Positions 1 through 14,057 of a stretch of DNA of 64,000 bases are shown here, one piece after another (position 1 is the stretch's first letter; every line of letters starts with the position of its first letter). The notes below the pieces were generated by a model, which ran no database searches, was not told where the DNA came from, and worked only from the letters and a program-made list of their open reading frames with translations. A program made the translations under genes and the position numbers. This DNA is from Macrostomum hystrix. Taxonomy: Eukaryota; Animalia; Platyhelminthes. The stretch spans positions 2,170,001-2,234,000 of the forward strand of contig CATNEN010000038.1 in assembly GCA_950097015.1 (NCBI GenBank), in the 5' to 3' direction.

Positions 1-429
1 TTCTCTTCTCTTCAGTGGGAGAGGCTAAGCCTCTGTATATTTTAGCAAAGCACTGTACGCCAGCCTCTCTCTTTCTTCTATCCCAGGCTGGCTGGAGAGA
101 AATATCGACCGGAGAGCCCTGCGCACTGGGACGCCACCGCACTCACCGCACTCAGTCTCAGTGCTGCTTGGGGGCCAGTAGACAGTCTAGGGGTTTGGGC
201 TGTGTACATTCACGGCTTGAAATACAATGTACAGTCTGGGGCTTCGGCGCCCGGGGAAGGGAGGGGGTGGCTGTAATAAAATTTGGCCCGCAGAGTGGCG
301 GAGGGGAGTTGGGGTGGCTGTCCTCGGAAAACAAAAAGTGACTCACTTTGAGATGATGCAGCTTTGCTCTGGATTGAGTAGAGATGTTCAAAATTGACAG
401 CATTGTTGGAAAACATGTAAAGTGTAAGT

Positions 430-698
430 GGATCAAATTAGGAGAAAATCTGACAAAGTGGGGCGACGATATGTCGAATTGAGTGATTTTTTGACGATTT
501 TTGAGCAGTTTTTTGCACTTTTGAGCAGGAAGGAAATGATTTTTCGGGAATTTGAGTAGCCTATTGCACTCAGCGTAGGTGGTTTTAGGTATGTGCAAAG
601 TTTGGTGCGATTTGGTTGAGCGGTTTCGGCGTCTATAAAGACAAAAGGTTGCACACAGACAGACAGACAGACAGAGTTTTCACTTTTATATATATAGA
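430..698 (-). mobile_element. 5' end of non-autonomous Helitron-like element
   Basis: Minus strand reads A|TCTATATATATAAAAGTGAAAACTCTGTCTGTCTGTCTG...AAACCGCTCAACCAAATCGCACCAAACTTTG, the TC start plus (CTGT)n layout typical of invertebrate non-autonomous Helitrons; the 3' end was not located. Confidence 0.5.
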
Positions 699-1212
699 TT
701 TCTGAAATAACTAAAGAAAGCATCTAACTGAAGAATTAACATTGCATGTCTTCAAAGACAGTCACTGAGAAGCTTGTATTGAGCAGTTTAGTTAAATTAA
801 AAAGCAACGTTGGTTAGAACCTGAGGAGAAGGACATTTCCAGACAGCTCAGCAGATTAATCATAATCCCGCGCAATTCAGGAAGACAAAGCGGCGAAGGG
901 CTCTGAACACATTTCTGAGCACATTTCTGAGCACATTTTTGAGGCCGCCGGCCGGCCCCAAACCCCATGGGCAAAATCTCCCAAAGCCAATCTGGCAGTT
1001 TGATAATCCGCGTCTCACACAATGTCGATGTTGTCGCTAACTGTGACCGCTAGATTCAGTCTTTAATCTTTTATTTATAACAATTTTTAATTTTCGAATT
1101 GCACGCATGCCTGTTCGTGATTAAAAAATGCTTCTTACGCTACTTAACTAAGTAGCTTGGCAATTTTCGCGACTTTTCATTGTTTGATATTACTTGATTG
1201 CATCCGCCCCAG

Positions 1213-1460
1213 TTGGGCCAGATGTGTAGACGACAGCACAGCCGCAGGCATCTGAAGTCTGCGTACGGCTGTTCAGTCCATGGACTGGGGGGACGCCACA
1301 CCCACCCTCGATTACCCCAGCTAATGCCAGTACCCATTTAACAGCCAGCTGGGTGAACTGAAGCAATGGAGAGTTAAGTGTCTTGCTAAATGGACACAAA
1401 TTGTGCCAGTGGAGTTGGGAATCGAACCCCGGACATATCAATCGTGAGTCCGACGCACTT
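1213..1460 (-). mobile_element. tRNA-derived SINE, family A (CORE-like central domain)
   Basis: The minus strand has a B-box GGTTCGATTCCC followed by GCAAGACACTTAACTCTC...CTTCAGTT...TAAATGGG, resembling the CORE-SINE core; homologous to 35566-35750, 47780-47885 and 58938-59190. Confidence 0.7.
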
Positions 1461-1945
1461 CCAGTGTCTGAAACTAAAGTCGGGAATTCCAAAAGCCGCT
1501 AACTTTTGTCAAGGATTTCCCCAAAAAATCTACAAAAAGTCCCAAATTTTGCTGGGAATAAAGTTTCGAAAGTTTCCAAACTAAAAAATATTTACTCGAA
1601 TAACATTGTAAGTAAATCTCAGTTTTTTCTAGAAGTTTAGGGAAATATATATTTTTTTCACATGTGTCAGAGCTGAAAATTCCCCTTCAATATCGAAATA
1701 TTTACTACTCTGTTCTAATCTTTAAGAAAATTCACAACTGAGTGACTTCTAGGCAAACACGTTCTTTCTGGGCTGGCAACATGAAAGTAATCAATCATTT
1801 TGGACCCGAGAACCTGGCCCAAGCTGCTTCAGCATATGCGGCAGGCCAGTCAATATTCTGCTTCACGGACAGACAGGACACAGTTTGCTAAATCATGGAA
1901 AAGACTGCATTTTCACTTTGCAGAAGCGCAAAAATAAAGAGAAGA

Positions 1946-2788
1946 GATGAGACAGGAGAAATGAGACAGGAGAGATGAGACAGGAGAGATGAGACAGGAG
2001 AGATGAGACAGGAGAGATTAGACAGGAGAGATGAGACAGGAGAGATGAGAAAGGAGAGACGAGACAGGAGAGAGATGAGAGGAGACAGGAGAGAGATGAG
2101 AGGAGTGAGGAGAGAGATGAGAGGAGACAGGAGAGAGATGAGAGGAGACAGAAGAGAGATGAGAGGAGACAGGAGAGAGATAAGAGGAGACAGGAGAGGG
2201 ATGAGAGGAGACAGGAGAGAGATGAGAGGAGACAGAAGAGAGATGAGAGGAGACAGGAGAGAGATAAGAGGAGACAGGAGAGGGATGAGAGGAGACAGGA
2301 GAGAGATGAGAGGAGACAGGAGAAAGATGAGAGGAGACAGAAGAGAGATGAGAGGAGACAGGAGAGAGATGAGAGGAGACAGAAGAGAGATGAGAGGAGA
2401 CAGGAGAGAGATGAGAGGAGACAGGAGAGAGATGAGAGGAGACAGGAGAGAGATGAGAGGAGACAGGAGAGAGATGAGAGGAGACAGAAGAGAGATGAGA
2501 GGAGACAGGAGAGAGATAAGAGGAGACAGGAGAGGGATGAGAGGAGACAGGAGAGAGATGAGAGGAGACAGGAGAAAGATGAGAGGAGACAGAAGAGAGA
2601 TGAGAGGAGACAGGAGAGAGATGAGAGGAGACAGAAGAGAGATAAGAGGAGACAGGAGAGAGATGAGAGGAGACAGGAGAGGGATGAGAGGAGACAGGAG
2701 AGAGATGAGAGGAGACAGGAGAGGGATGAGAGGAGACAGGAGAGAGATAAGAGGAGACAGGAGAGGGATGAGAGGAGACAGGAGAGAG
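1946..2788. repeat. Purine-rich minisatellite, 21-bp unit (GAGAGATGAGAGGAGACAGGA), with 16-bp variants at the start
   Basis: Direct inspection; source of spurious MRGDRRE ORF. Confidence 0.95.
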
Positions 2789-3479
2789 CGTACTAATGCT
2801 GCGGTGCTTAGGTTTCAGCAATTAGCAAGGAGCAACCATACAATGACTCTCAGCGCAAATTGAGACTTTCGATGCCTGATATTGCTACAAACTAAGGCCT
2901 AATGAAAGCATTCCTTTCTAACACGAAAAAGATTGTCCACCTGTGGTTCGCAGTACTTGGCCTGCACTCTTGTTGATGATGCATTTATGGCAGCCAGGGC
3001 AGTCAGGCAGTGTACAAATTAACTGTGCAGTCTTCACCCAAAATTAATGTGGCTACGACTCTAAAACAGCTTCGCTTAACCTAATTTTGCCAGCCAGCAA
3101 TTTTTTAAGACAGCCAAGCCTGCAAGCCAAGTCCCAGTCGCAGGCTCTGCTAGTCCTGACGATAATTGTCCAGGTCAGGCCATGAAAAAACTCCCCCAAG
3201 CTTCAGCGACTGTTTCCAGAAGCCCTTGAAGCCCAATGAGTTGGTTTAGGCCGCACTTTTCACTATTCAGCGGTGTGTGACGCTAATTTGATTCGGCTGG
3301 TCTGCTACGAAAGCTGGCATGAGTTGATTGCTGATCCGGAGAGGAAGAAAATCCTCGGCGAATGAGGAAGGCGGAACAAAATAGAGCTGGCCAGAAATGA
3401 GGCCGGAAATTTCGGTGGAAACTTTGGAAAAAGAAGAAGAAAATTTGTCGGAAAATCAAGACCATAGAAAGAATGATGA

Positions 3480-4040
3480 AGCGTGGGATGAAGTGGGATG
3501 GCACAAAGAAGGATGGGATGAAGAAGGGTGGAATGAAGACATGTTGGGATTACGAAGGATGGGATGAAGAGGAAGGGATTACGATGGATGGGAGCAAGAA
3601 GGGTGGGATAAAAAGGATGGCATGGAGAAGGATGAGACGAAGAAGAGGATGGGATGAAGAAGGATAGAATGAAGAATGGTGGGATAAAGAATAATAGGAC
3701 AAAGAATGGTGGGATAAAGAAGGATGGGATGAAGAAGGATAGGATGAAGAAGGGTGGGATGAAGAAGGATAGGATGAAGAAGGGTGGGATGAAGAAGGAT
3801 AGGATGAAGAAGGGTGGGATAAAGAAGGATGGGATGAAGAAGGATAGGATGAAGAATGGTGCGATAAAGAAGGATGGGATGAAGAGGATGGGATGACGAA
3901 AGATGGAATGAAGAAGGATGGGTATAAGAGGATGGGATGAAGAAGTATGGGACAAAGAATGGGGGATAAAGAAGGAAGGGATGAAGAAGGATGGGATGTG
4001 TAAAAGGATTGGTGAAGAAGAACGAGATGAAGAAGGATTT
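3480..4040. repeat. Degenerate 15-bp purine-rich repeat (GGATGAAGAAGGATG-like)
   Basis: Direct inspection. Confidence 0.85.
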
Positions 4041-4539
4041 AGGGCATTTGAGTAATTTGAAATTCTAGGATGATGCTAAGAGTTGACCAAAAATGACTTG
4101 ACTCATGCAGCTCATAGGCATTGTACAGCAAGTACAGACCGTACTATGTTATTTCTTATCTCCCTGGAGCAGCCGGCAGCAGTGGACAGTGGAATGGACA
4201 GACAGACTCAGCTACCGAACCTTATTTCTCCGAATTTATTTGGCGGCTCGAAAAATTAGGACGGCAATCTCGGAGAATTGCGAAGCGGTTCTGATCTGAT
4301 TTGGGATCACAACCGCTTCAGACTAGCAAAATGGCTTATGGAAACAATTTACTGACAAAATTCTGGATTGCGAAAATTGCTGATAGCAGGAAATTTTAAG
4401 TCGAGATTTGATTTTCATTGATTTACTGCAATGCACTCAGCAACAACGCAGTCACTAACTCTCACACAGTTGTTGCTTCTAGAGGCACACTTTAGTTAAT
4501 AACTTTTATTCGCAACTGCAACTTCAATATCCACCCTTC

Positions 4540-5132
4540 GGTCACTTCAGTATCCACTATTCAGTCACTTCAGTATCCACTATTCAGTCACTTCAGTATC
4601 CACCATTCAGTCACTTCAGTATCTACTATTCAGTCACTTCAGTATCCACCATTCAGTCACTTCAGTATCCACTATTCAGTCACTTCAGTATCCACCATTC
4701 AGTCAGTTCAGTATCCACTATTCAGTCACTTCAGTATCCACTATTCAGTCACTTCAGTATCCACTATTCAGTCACTTCAGTATCCACCATTCAGTCAGTT
4801 CAGTATCCACTATTCAGTCACTTCAGTATCCACTATTCAGTCACTTCAGTATCCACTATTCAGTCACTTCAGTATCCACCATTCAGTCAGTTCAGTATCC
4901 ACTATTCAGTCACTTCAGTATCCACCATTCAGTCACTTCAGTATCCACTATTCAGTCACTTCAGTATCCACTATTCAGTCAGTTCAGTATCCACTATTCA
5001 GTCACTTCAGAATCTACTATTCAGTCACTTCAGCATCCACCATTCAGTCACTTCAGTATCCACTATTCAGTCACTTCAGTATCCACCATTCAGTCAGTTC
5101 ACTATCCACTATTCAGTCACTTCAGTATCCAC
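4540..5132. repeat. 23-bp minisatellite (TCAGTCACTTCAGTATCCACTAT)
   Basis: Direct inspection, ~25 copies. Confidence 0.95.
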
Positions 5133-5703
5133 CCCTAAGTTGACAGACAGACAGCAACTTAAAGTTGGTGAGCAAACAGGTGTTCAATATTCACATAAAA
5201 TAAAATTCACTTCACAATTCCTGTCTCGCGTGTCGCTCTGTTTTAGAAAGTGCAGACAGAATAGGAAAGAATATAGTAGGCATAAAAATTAGACAACGAA
5301 CTCAAGTGTGTCGCCATCCACGCAGGCTTCACACACACACACTCTCTCTCTCTCTCCTTCTCACAGTTCGGGCGCTCGCTGATACATGCCTCTTCATTCC
5401 AGCTAATATGACAGCTCAGCGCACGAGAAAAGCTTGGGCAAACTTTCTGTAGCTCACTGATAGCCCTCCCCGTCTGACTGACTGGCTGGCTGGCCGCTGG
5501 GCCCGACAACTTTCATTGGCCTGCGGACTTTTAGCAGCAAGCTGCCCACCCCAGGGTTGTGATCTCCCCCCACTCTCCCTCGGTGCGATCATGAGATATA
5601 AGAGGCCCTATTAATGCTAGCTATTTAAAATACGATATTAATTTGATAAAATATTGCTGTTAGCCATATTGCAATAATTAACTGACAATTTGAATTCAGA
5701 CTG

Positions 5704-5721
5704 ATGGACTCGAAAGGAAAA
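5704..5721 (+). CDS. Candidate initial micro-exon of a long PDE4 isoform (MDSKGK)
   Basis: ATG GAC TCG AAA GGA AAA|GTAAGT is a perfect donor in phase 0, matching the phase-0 acceptor at 7058; it is preceded by TTCAG at ~5699. Confidence 0.4.
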
Positions 5722-6311
5722 GTAAGTTTCACATTTTTTTATTTCCCATTTACTCAGTTGAGGAGAACGAAATTATAGGAAATTAACAAGCAAAAAGACA
5801 ATGGAAAAAAAGCAAAAGCGTTCACACCTAGCTATTGAGCCGGAATAATAGCCTTAGTGTGCTCGTCTTCGAGTCCTGCTCATTACCTCTTTGGTTGCTA
5901 TGCAATGCAGAAATCCTGAGCTACATGTAATTCTAGCACTAGACTATTCACAAGCAACTCATGTGTACTCAGAGACTAAACATTCCAAATGGAACATATT
6001 TTCTTAAACGATCGATAATTCCCAGAGCGGATCAGTGAATTAATTTCAGAGTTCTGATCTGCTATGGAAATAATTTGTAGGTGCAAGGAAATAAGAAGCC
6101 GTTGCTTTTCGTTACAAAAAGTGTAATTCCTTCTGAAACTGAGTCTTACCGTTAATTATACAATGAACAGGGACAGAGGCTTGAGGTAGAGAGAAGGACC
6201 GTTTGTTTAAACGATCTGTTTGTTACAATTTCTGGTATATATATATATGCTAAGTACAGTGTAGCAGTTTATAAAGAAAGCAAACTACAGAACGAAATTA
6301 ACGACAGAATT

Positions 6312-6386
<75 letters not shown>

Positions 6387-6403
6387 GGTAGGTAGATAGA
6401 TAT

Positions 6404-6463
<60 letters not shown>

Positions 6464-6471
6464 ATATATAG

Positions 6472-6502
<31 letters not shown>

Positions 6503-6522
6503 GATAGATAGATAGGTAGATA
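6312..6522. repeat. (GATA)n microsatellite
   Basis: Direct inspection. Confidence 0.97.
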
Positions 6523-6888
6523 AACAGACATCAGGATGGGCACACATGGAGTCAATTTAATCAATAAGTAACTAGGAATAACTTAGCTTCCTTGAATAAT
6601 CCCGCATGATAAATGACACCAGTGCGTGCGTATTATGATAGTTATGCCAAGGCTTGTATCGAATACAGTATCAAAAATGCCGCCGTAACTCAACTTATAG
6701 TTGCAATCGTAGATAATTTCTCCCATCATTTACAAAAATAATTTATTTCCTGTTAACTAAGTGACCTCTTCATCAGAAAATTAATGAAAGCACTTAGTCA
6801 GAATGATGATGAACTACAGACCGAAATTTATCAACTCCAATACACTTTATTGAGGATTCAATGCAGAATTTTTAAACTAATATTTAAG

Positions 6889-7032
6889 TATCGGTAGATT
6901 AATTTGTAGATTTACTCGTATCGGTAGATTTATCGGTAGATTTATCGGTAGATTTATCGGTAGATTTATCGGTAGATTTATCGGTAGATTTATCGGTAGA
7001 TTTATCGGTAGATTTATCGGTAGATTTATCGG
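6889..7032. repeat. 12-bp repeat (ATCGGTAGATTT)
   Basis: Direct inspection; ends ~25 bp before the 7058 acceptor. Confidence 0.95.
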
Positions 7033-7057
7033 CAGCTTGAACCATCCTCTCCTGCAG

Positions 7058-7263
7058 GGTCAGCTCACTCTGCCATCTCACGGCAGCGGCAGTGGCGGCT
7101 GCGAGAGGCGGCACTCGGACCACTCGCTTTACCGACGTCAGGGCGCCGCAACCGTCTCAGGAGGTGCCGGTGGTGGCAGCGGTGGCAGCGGTGGCGGAGT
7201 GTTTAGAAATGTGATCATCTGCGCGCCAAGAATTCAAGTCACGCCAAGCGAGTCATCTGCTAA
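7058..7263 (+). CDS. Candidate upstream PDE4 exon (GQLTLPSHG...RRHSDH...PRIQVTPSESSA)
   Basis: CCTGCAG acceptor, GC-rich open frame with RRHS motif, AA|GTGAGT donor in phase 2 compatible with the 24931 exon. Confidence 0.6.
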
Positions 7264-7271
7264 GTGAGTCG

Positions 7272-7436
7272 GATTTGAGACGGGAGAAATAGATTTGAGA
7301 TCAGAGGAGAAATAGATTTGAGATGGGAAGAGAAATAGATTTGAGATGGGAGGAATAGGTTTGAGATGGGAGGAATAGATTTGAGATGGGAGAAATAGAT
7401 TTGAGATGGGAGGAATAGATTTGAGATGGGAGAAAT
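7272..7436. repeat. ~20-bp repeat (AGATTTGAGATGGGAGAAAT)
   Basis: Direct inspection; begins just after the 7263 donor. Confidence 0.85.
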
Positions 7437-7825
7437 CGAGGATTATGGAAACTAGCTAGATAGATATGTCATTACGTCACGTTAAAAATGATAACTGAAT
7501 CAGGGTTGTGACAAGCTGTTTAGTGCATTTAGTGCTCACTTGTTCAAATGCGCTGAATAAATGAGCCAGCCATTACTCAGCATCTGCTCAGTCATTGCGG
7601 CAGCTAGGCATCTAGGATTTATTTCTGTTCTAGTGATATTTTCCCTAATTACAGGTAGGCCCGACTAAAGGATTGTTAGCAGGTGGTTCGCTTTCCTCAA
7701 GCTGTTCCTTCACTGCATCAGGCTTTATTTGCACTTTGATAATTTTCCCTTCAACATGACAGAAAGAGTATCATCTGTCTCTCAATGTGCATCACAAACT
7801 ACCTATTCTGAGTGCTAGACCCCCG

Positions 7826-8765
7826 TGTCCTCCTCTCTACCCCTGCCTCCTCTCTCTTCCCCTGCCTCCTCTCTCTTCCCCTGCCTCCTCCTCTCTTCCC
7901 CTGCCTCCTCCTCTCTCTTCCCCTGCCTCCTCCTCTCTTCCCCTGCCTCCTCTCTCTTCCCCTGCCTCCTCCTCTCTTCCCCTGCCTCCTCTCTCTTCCC
8001 CTGCCTCCTCCTCTCTTCCCCTGCCTCCTACTCTCTTCCCCTGCCTCCTCCTCTCTTCCCCTGCCTCCTCCTCTCTCTTCCCCTGCCTCCTCCTCTCTTC
8101 CCCTGCCTCCTCTCTCTTCCCCTGCCTCCTCCTCTCTTCCCCTGCCTCCTCCTCTCTTCCCCTGCCTCCTCCTCTCTCTTCCCCTGCCTCCTACTCTCTT
8201 CCCCTGCCTCCTCCTCTCTTCCCCTGCCTCCTCTCTCTTCCCCTGCCTCCTCCTCTCTTCCCCTGCCTCCTCCTCTCTTCCACTGCCTCCTCTCTCTTCC
8301 CCTGCCTCCTCCTCTCTTCCCCTGCCTCCTCTCTCTTCCCCTGCCTCCTCCTCTCTTCCCCTGCCTTCTACTCTCTTCCCCTGCCTCCTCCTCTCTTCCC
8401 CTGCCTCCTCCTCTCTTCCCCTGCCTCCTCCTCTCTTCCACTGCCTCCTCTCTCTTCCCCTGCCTCCTCCTCTCTTCCCCTGCCTCCTCTCTCTTCCCCT
8501 GCCTCCTCCTCTCTTCCCCTGCCTTCTACTCTCTTCCCCTGCCTCCTCCTCTCTTCCCCTGCCTCCCACTCTCTCCCCCTGTCTCCCACTCTCTCCCCCC
8601 GTCTTCCCCTCTCTCCCCCTGTCTCCTACTCTCTCCCCCTGTCTCCTACTCTCCCCCTGTCTCCTACTCTCTCCCCCTGTCTCCTACTCTCTCCCCTGTC
8701 TCCTACTCTCTCCCCCTGTCTCCCACTCTCTCTCCCTGTCTCCCACTCTCTCCCCCTGTCTCCCA
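7826..8765. repeat. Pyrimidine-rich 18-23-bp minisatellite (CTCTCTTCCCCTGCCTCCTC)
   Basis: Direct inspection. Confidence 0.95.
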
Positions 8766-9725
8766 GTCTCTCTGCATGTCTCCCATTGTGTGCCCCTGTC
8801 ACCACTCTCACAAGCTTCCTGACGGCAATATTAGTGTCAGGTTTTCTATTTTATTTAATAGAATGAAACGTCACAGATACTAAAATTAACTCGCATTTTA
8901 TTAAACAAAGCATGACCGACAGTGCAGCACAGACACGCGTACATGGACTTAGTTTATTTCTGCATTAGAACAAGTCTGAAAAAAAACACATTTTCATATC
9001 TTATTCATCCTGTTGCTCGCTTCCTGTATAATATTTTTCGAGTTCAAATTTTGTTCAATTTATCGTTTCCCGCGTTCGAATAAACACAAATTTGCACGGC
9101 CCGGCCCGCGATTGTGCAGCGCAGCTGGATTATCCTACAAACCGAACAGTGGGATGGCGATCGACTCCCCCCCACCTCCCTCTGTGACGGTCTGTCTCTC
9201 GGTGCAGCGCAAAGCAGTTCATTCTCTGTAGCCGGCAAGTGAAATGCATTCGTACAAATAGCACAGCGGGCGGGCCTTCACAAACTCCTGTCTCTAACCC
9301 TCAGTAGCTAATGCACCAGCGCCTGTGTCTTTTTAAATATCTGACTTAGAAAATAATAAGAAAAACTTTGTAGTGCAACAGAAATCTATGAGGAGATTAG
9401 CGTTTTGAAAGAATGTCCTATAGATCTAGAAGTTTCTGTCGGTCAAGGTCGCAGTAAGTAAAATATACCTTATTTTATAATATCCAAACCGAATACACTA
9501 GATTGCTCTTTGCACACCTATTTACGAATCGTGAAATTATTAAAACGATTACTAGATAATGAAAAGCCTTCAAACTCTATAAATAGCTCGTAACTTGATA
9601 AGTTTTGCATCATTTCAATTTTCATAGATTCTACTGTGAGTAGTATGGATATTTTATCTTTAAAAAGTAGCGCCATGCGAATTTGGCTTCTTGAATAGCT
9701 ATTACAGAATCTCAGCGTTGAAAAA

Positions 9726-11186
9726 GAGACATAGCAGGAGAGTGACATAGCAGGAGAGTGACATAGCAGGAGAGTGACATAGCAGGAGAGTGACATAGCA
9801 GGAGAGTGACATAGCAGGAGAGTGACATAGCAGGAGAGTGACATAGCAGGAGAGTGACATAGCAGGAGAGTGACATAGCAGGAGAGTGACATAGCAGGAG
9901 AGTGACATAGCAGGAGAGTGACATAGCATCAGAGTGACATAGCAGGAGAGTGACATAGCAGGAGAGTGACATAGCAGGAGAGTGACATAGCAGGAGAGTG
10001 ACATAGCAGGAGAGTGACATAGCAGGAGAGTGACATAGCAGGAGAGTGACATAGCAGGAGAGTGACATAGCAGGAGAGTGACACAGCACGAGAGTGACAT
10101 GGCATGAGAGTGACATAGCAGGAGAGTGACATAGCAGGAGAGTGACATAGCAGGAGAGTGGCATAGCAGGAGAGTGACATAGCAGGAGAGTGACATAGCA
10201 GGAGAGTGACATAGCAGGAGAGTGACATAGCAGGAGAGTGACATAGCAGGAGAGTGACATAGCAGGAGAGTGACATAGCAGGAGAGTGACATAGCAGGAG
10301 AGTGACATAGCAGGAGAGTGACATAGCAGGAGAGTGACATAGCAGGAGAGTGACATAGCAGGAGAGTGACATAGCATCAGAGTGACATAGCAGGAGAGTG
10401 ACATAGCAGGAGAGTGACATAGCAGGAGAGTGACATAGCAGGAGAGTGACATAGCAGGAGAGTGACATAGCAGGAGAGTGACATAGCAGGAGAGTGACAT
10501 AGCAGGAGAGTGACATAGCAGGAGAGTGACACAGCACGAGAGTGACATGGCATGAGAGTGACATAGCAGGAGAGTGACATAGCAGGAGAGTGACATAGCA
10601 GGAGAGTGGCATAGCAGGAGAGTGACATAGCAGGAGAGTGACATAGCAGGAGAGTGACATAGCAGGAGAGTGACATAGCAGGAGAGTGACATAGCAGGAG
10701 AGTGACATAGCAGGAGAGTGACATAGCAGGAGAGTGACATAGCAGGAGAGTGACATAGCAGGAGAGTGACACAGCACGAGAGTGACATGGCATGAGAGTG
10801 ACATAGCAGGAGAGTGACACAGCACGAGAGTGACATGGCATGAGAGTGACATAGCAGGAGAGTGACATAGCAGGAGAGTGACATAGCAGGAGAGTGAGAT
10901 AGCATCAGAGTGACATAGCAGGAGAGTGACATAGCAGGAGAGTGACATAGCAGGAGAGTAACATAGCAGGAGAGTGACATAGCAGGAGAGTGACATAGCA
11001 GGAGAGTGACATAGCAGGAGAGTGACATAGCATGAGAGTGACATAGCAGGAGAGTGACATAGCATGAGAGTGACATAGCATCAGAGTTACATAGCATCAG
11101 AGTGACATAGCATCAGAGTGACATAGCATCAGAGTGACATAGCATCAGAGTGACACAGCACGAGAGTTACATGGCATGAGAGTGAC
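9726..11186. repeat. 16-bp minisatellite (GACATAGCAGGAGAGT)
   Basis: Direct inspection, ~90 copies with recurring variant blocks. Confidence 0.97.
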
Positions 11187-12227
11187 GATTCTTGTCGAAG
11201 ACCCTGGTGACAAGTTCAATAGAGTTCAATGAAAACACGAAACATATAATCAATGCAATACGGTCAACAATATTAGCCGAAATTGTTACATGAGGACTTT
11301 TTTGAGCAGAATAACTATGCCAATGTTGGTGGTTTTTGCCACCAGACACCCCTACGAGAATTGTTGAATATCTCGACGATGCCCGTGTTTTGTGATTCTG
11401 GAAGTTGTTTCAGATCGGTGGAATATTTAGTTTTATAAGTGCGGGTAAATGAAATAAACTATGTTTATGGTAAGAGAGCTTAGCGGTGAGAGGCGATAAT
11501 GAATGCTGAGTAGATGCAGCTCGGATACAACTTTTGAGTAGGGTTTTAGCCCAACCAGGGCGTGGGAACTTTGCGGCTCAGCAACAGTGGAGGCTTCTCA
11601 AGCATGCTGGGCTTTCTATAATTCAGCACGGGAGCCGCCGGTTCCAAGAACAGATCCCCATTTCCCACCTGCTCCTCCAGGGATGAAAACATTCTCGCAC
11701 TTCATAGCTTCTCTGCTCCCAAAATGAGTCGGCGCGCGAGATTTTGTACGGAGAAAAAGAAGAAATATTACCCAGCGTAGAAAGTCGGGGAAATGGGAAA
11801 ACACGGAGAGAGATTTGGGAACAATGACTCTGGGCTTGGGGAGAGGAGGAGAAAAAGAAACTTCGCCAGTTCTTCTTCTCTGTTCCCGCGACGGCGTCAG
11901 AAGTGTCAAATTTGTTGAGGAAAAGCAGGAATGCTGGCACGGTGGGACAAGTGCATTAGAAAGTGGTTCTGAGCGCACTCCTACATCCTGCTAGAGCGGC
12001 AGATTGACAATCGATTCGCGGCGGGGAGCGGTGGAAGAGTCGGTGTGTGAACAAAAGATTTTATTGCTGAGTGAACAAGTTTGAAAAAAGATGACGAAAA
12101 AAAGGAAGCTGAGTTTTCGTGCATGCGTGCATTGAAGTAAATAATGGTGACAGTTCGTAACGTAAGTTTCAGTCGGACTTTAAGAAATTTCCACTCACTC
12201 AAGAGCTAAACGAATAAAAAAAGAGAT

Positions 12228-13440
12228 GGGGTGCGAGAGACAGGGTAAAAGACAGTGAGAGAGACATGGTGAGAGATACAGGGTGAGAGATACAGGGTGA
12301 GAGAGACAGGGTGAGAGATACAGGGTGAGAGAGACAGGGTGAGAGAGACAGGGTGAGAGATACAGGGTGAGAGATACAGGGTGAGAGATACAGGGTGAGA
12401 GAGACAGGGTGAGAGAGACATGGTGAGAGATACAGGGTGAGAGAGACAGGGTGAGAGACAGGGTGAGAGAGACAGGGTGAGAGAGACAGGGTGAGAGAGA
12501 CAGGGTGAAAGATACAGGGTGAGAGAGACAGGGTGAGAGAGACAGGGTGAGAGATACAGGGTGAGAGAGACATGGTGAGAGATACAGGGTGAGAGAGACA
12601 GGGTGAGAGAGACATGGTGAGAGATACAGGGTGAGAGAGACAGGGTGAGAGAGACGGGGTAAGAGAGACGGGGTGAGAGATACAGGGTGAGAGAGACATG
12701 GTGAGAGAGACAGGGTGAGAGAGACAGGGTGAGAGAGACAGGGTGAGAGATACAGGGTGAGAGAGACATGGTGAGAGATACAGGGTGAGAGAGACAGGGT
12801 GAGAGAGACAGGGTGAGAGAGACAGGGTGAGAGAGACAGGGTGAGAGAGACGGGGTGAGAGAGACAGGGTGAGATAGCTAGGGTGAGAGAGACAGAGTGA
12901 GAGATACAGGGTGAGAGAGACGGGGTGAGAGAGACAGGGTGAGAGAGACAGGGTGAGAGAGACAGGGTGAGAGAGACAGGGTGAGAGAGACGGGGTGAGA
13001 GAGACAGGGTGAGAGATACAGGGTGAGAGAGACGGGGTGAGAGAGACAGGGTGAGAGAGACGGGGTGAGAGAGACGGGGTGAGAGATACAGGGTGAGAGA
13101 GACAGGGTGAGAGATACAGGGTGAGAGAGACGGGGTGAGAGAGACAGGGTGAGAGAGACGGGGTGAGAGAGACAGGGTGAGAGAGACGGGGTGAGAGAGA
13201 CAGGGTGAGAGAGACGGGGTGAGAGAGACAGGGTGAGAGAGACAGGGTGAGAGAGACGGGGTGAGAGAGACAGGGTGAGAGAGACAGGGTGAGAGAGACA
13301 GGGTGAGATAGCTAGGGTGAGAGAGACAGGGTGAGAGAGACAGGGTGAGAGAGACGGGGTGAGAGATACAGGGTGAGAGAGACAGGGTGAGAGATACAGG
13401 GTGAGAGAGACGGGGTGAGACTGAGACAGGGTGAGACTGA
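12228..13440. repeat. 14-bp minisatellite (GAGAGACAGGGTGA)
   Basis: Direct inspection. Confidence 0.97.
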
Positions 13441-14057
13441 GGCACAGGAAAATATGAGTCGAGTCTGGAGCAGCTAGTCCTGAGGCATCATAATATATTA
13501 GCGATGTGACACGAGTCTCTACGATCGGCTCAAAGTTGTGCCCATTGCTCCGAGGCAGATGGTCGAGTCTCGCAGATTGCATTTCTGCTGATGGGTTGTC
13601 TTGGGAGTTCTCGCCTTAGTCACTGTGCAGATCACAAGAGAGCAAGAACAACAGGGCCGCCAAGAAGCTGATAGAGCCTACATAGCCTGAGCCACAGCTA
13701 AGTCGCATGCAATCAGCTCATGTCACCGGTGGCCTTATAGTCTGCGCTCACCTTTAGCTGCAAAATATTCTGAAGTACTGTCTGCAGTATTGCTCAAGTC
13801 TGCTAGTTAATTTATATATATAATAAGAAAAAAGCGTTCCTAATGAAACTGAAGTTAAATTACTTAACACAGAATTCAGAGATGTAGCTGTAGAATATAG
13901 TTATTATGGAATTTTTGCTTTCTCTCTAAGTCTGGTCTCAACTGTCAGTCAAGCAGCCTCATTGAATAGAATATGAAGTATTTACTCCTCGATGAAAAAC
14001 TGCAATGCACTTTTGCTGTTCTGTCGGGGTTCACTCTCAGCTCTTGCTCCCTCTCTC

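Noticed and set aside
1400-1460. tRNA gene (B-box on minus strand); similar motifs at ~21040, ~36400 and ~39165
   Set aside because: No complete cloverleaf is evident, and the motifs are attached to dispersed repeat bodies, so they are SINE heads.
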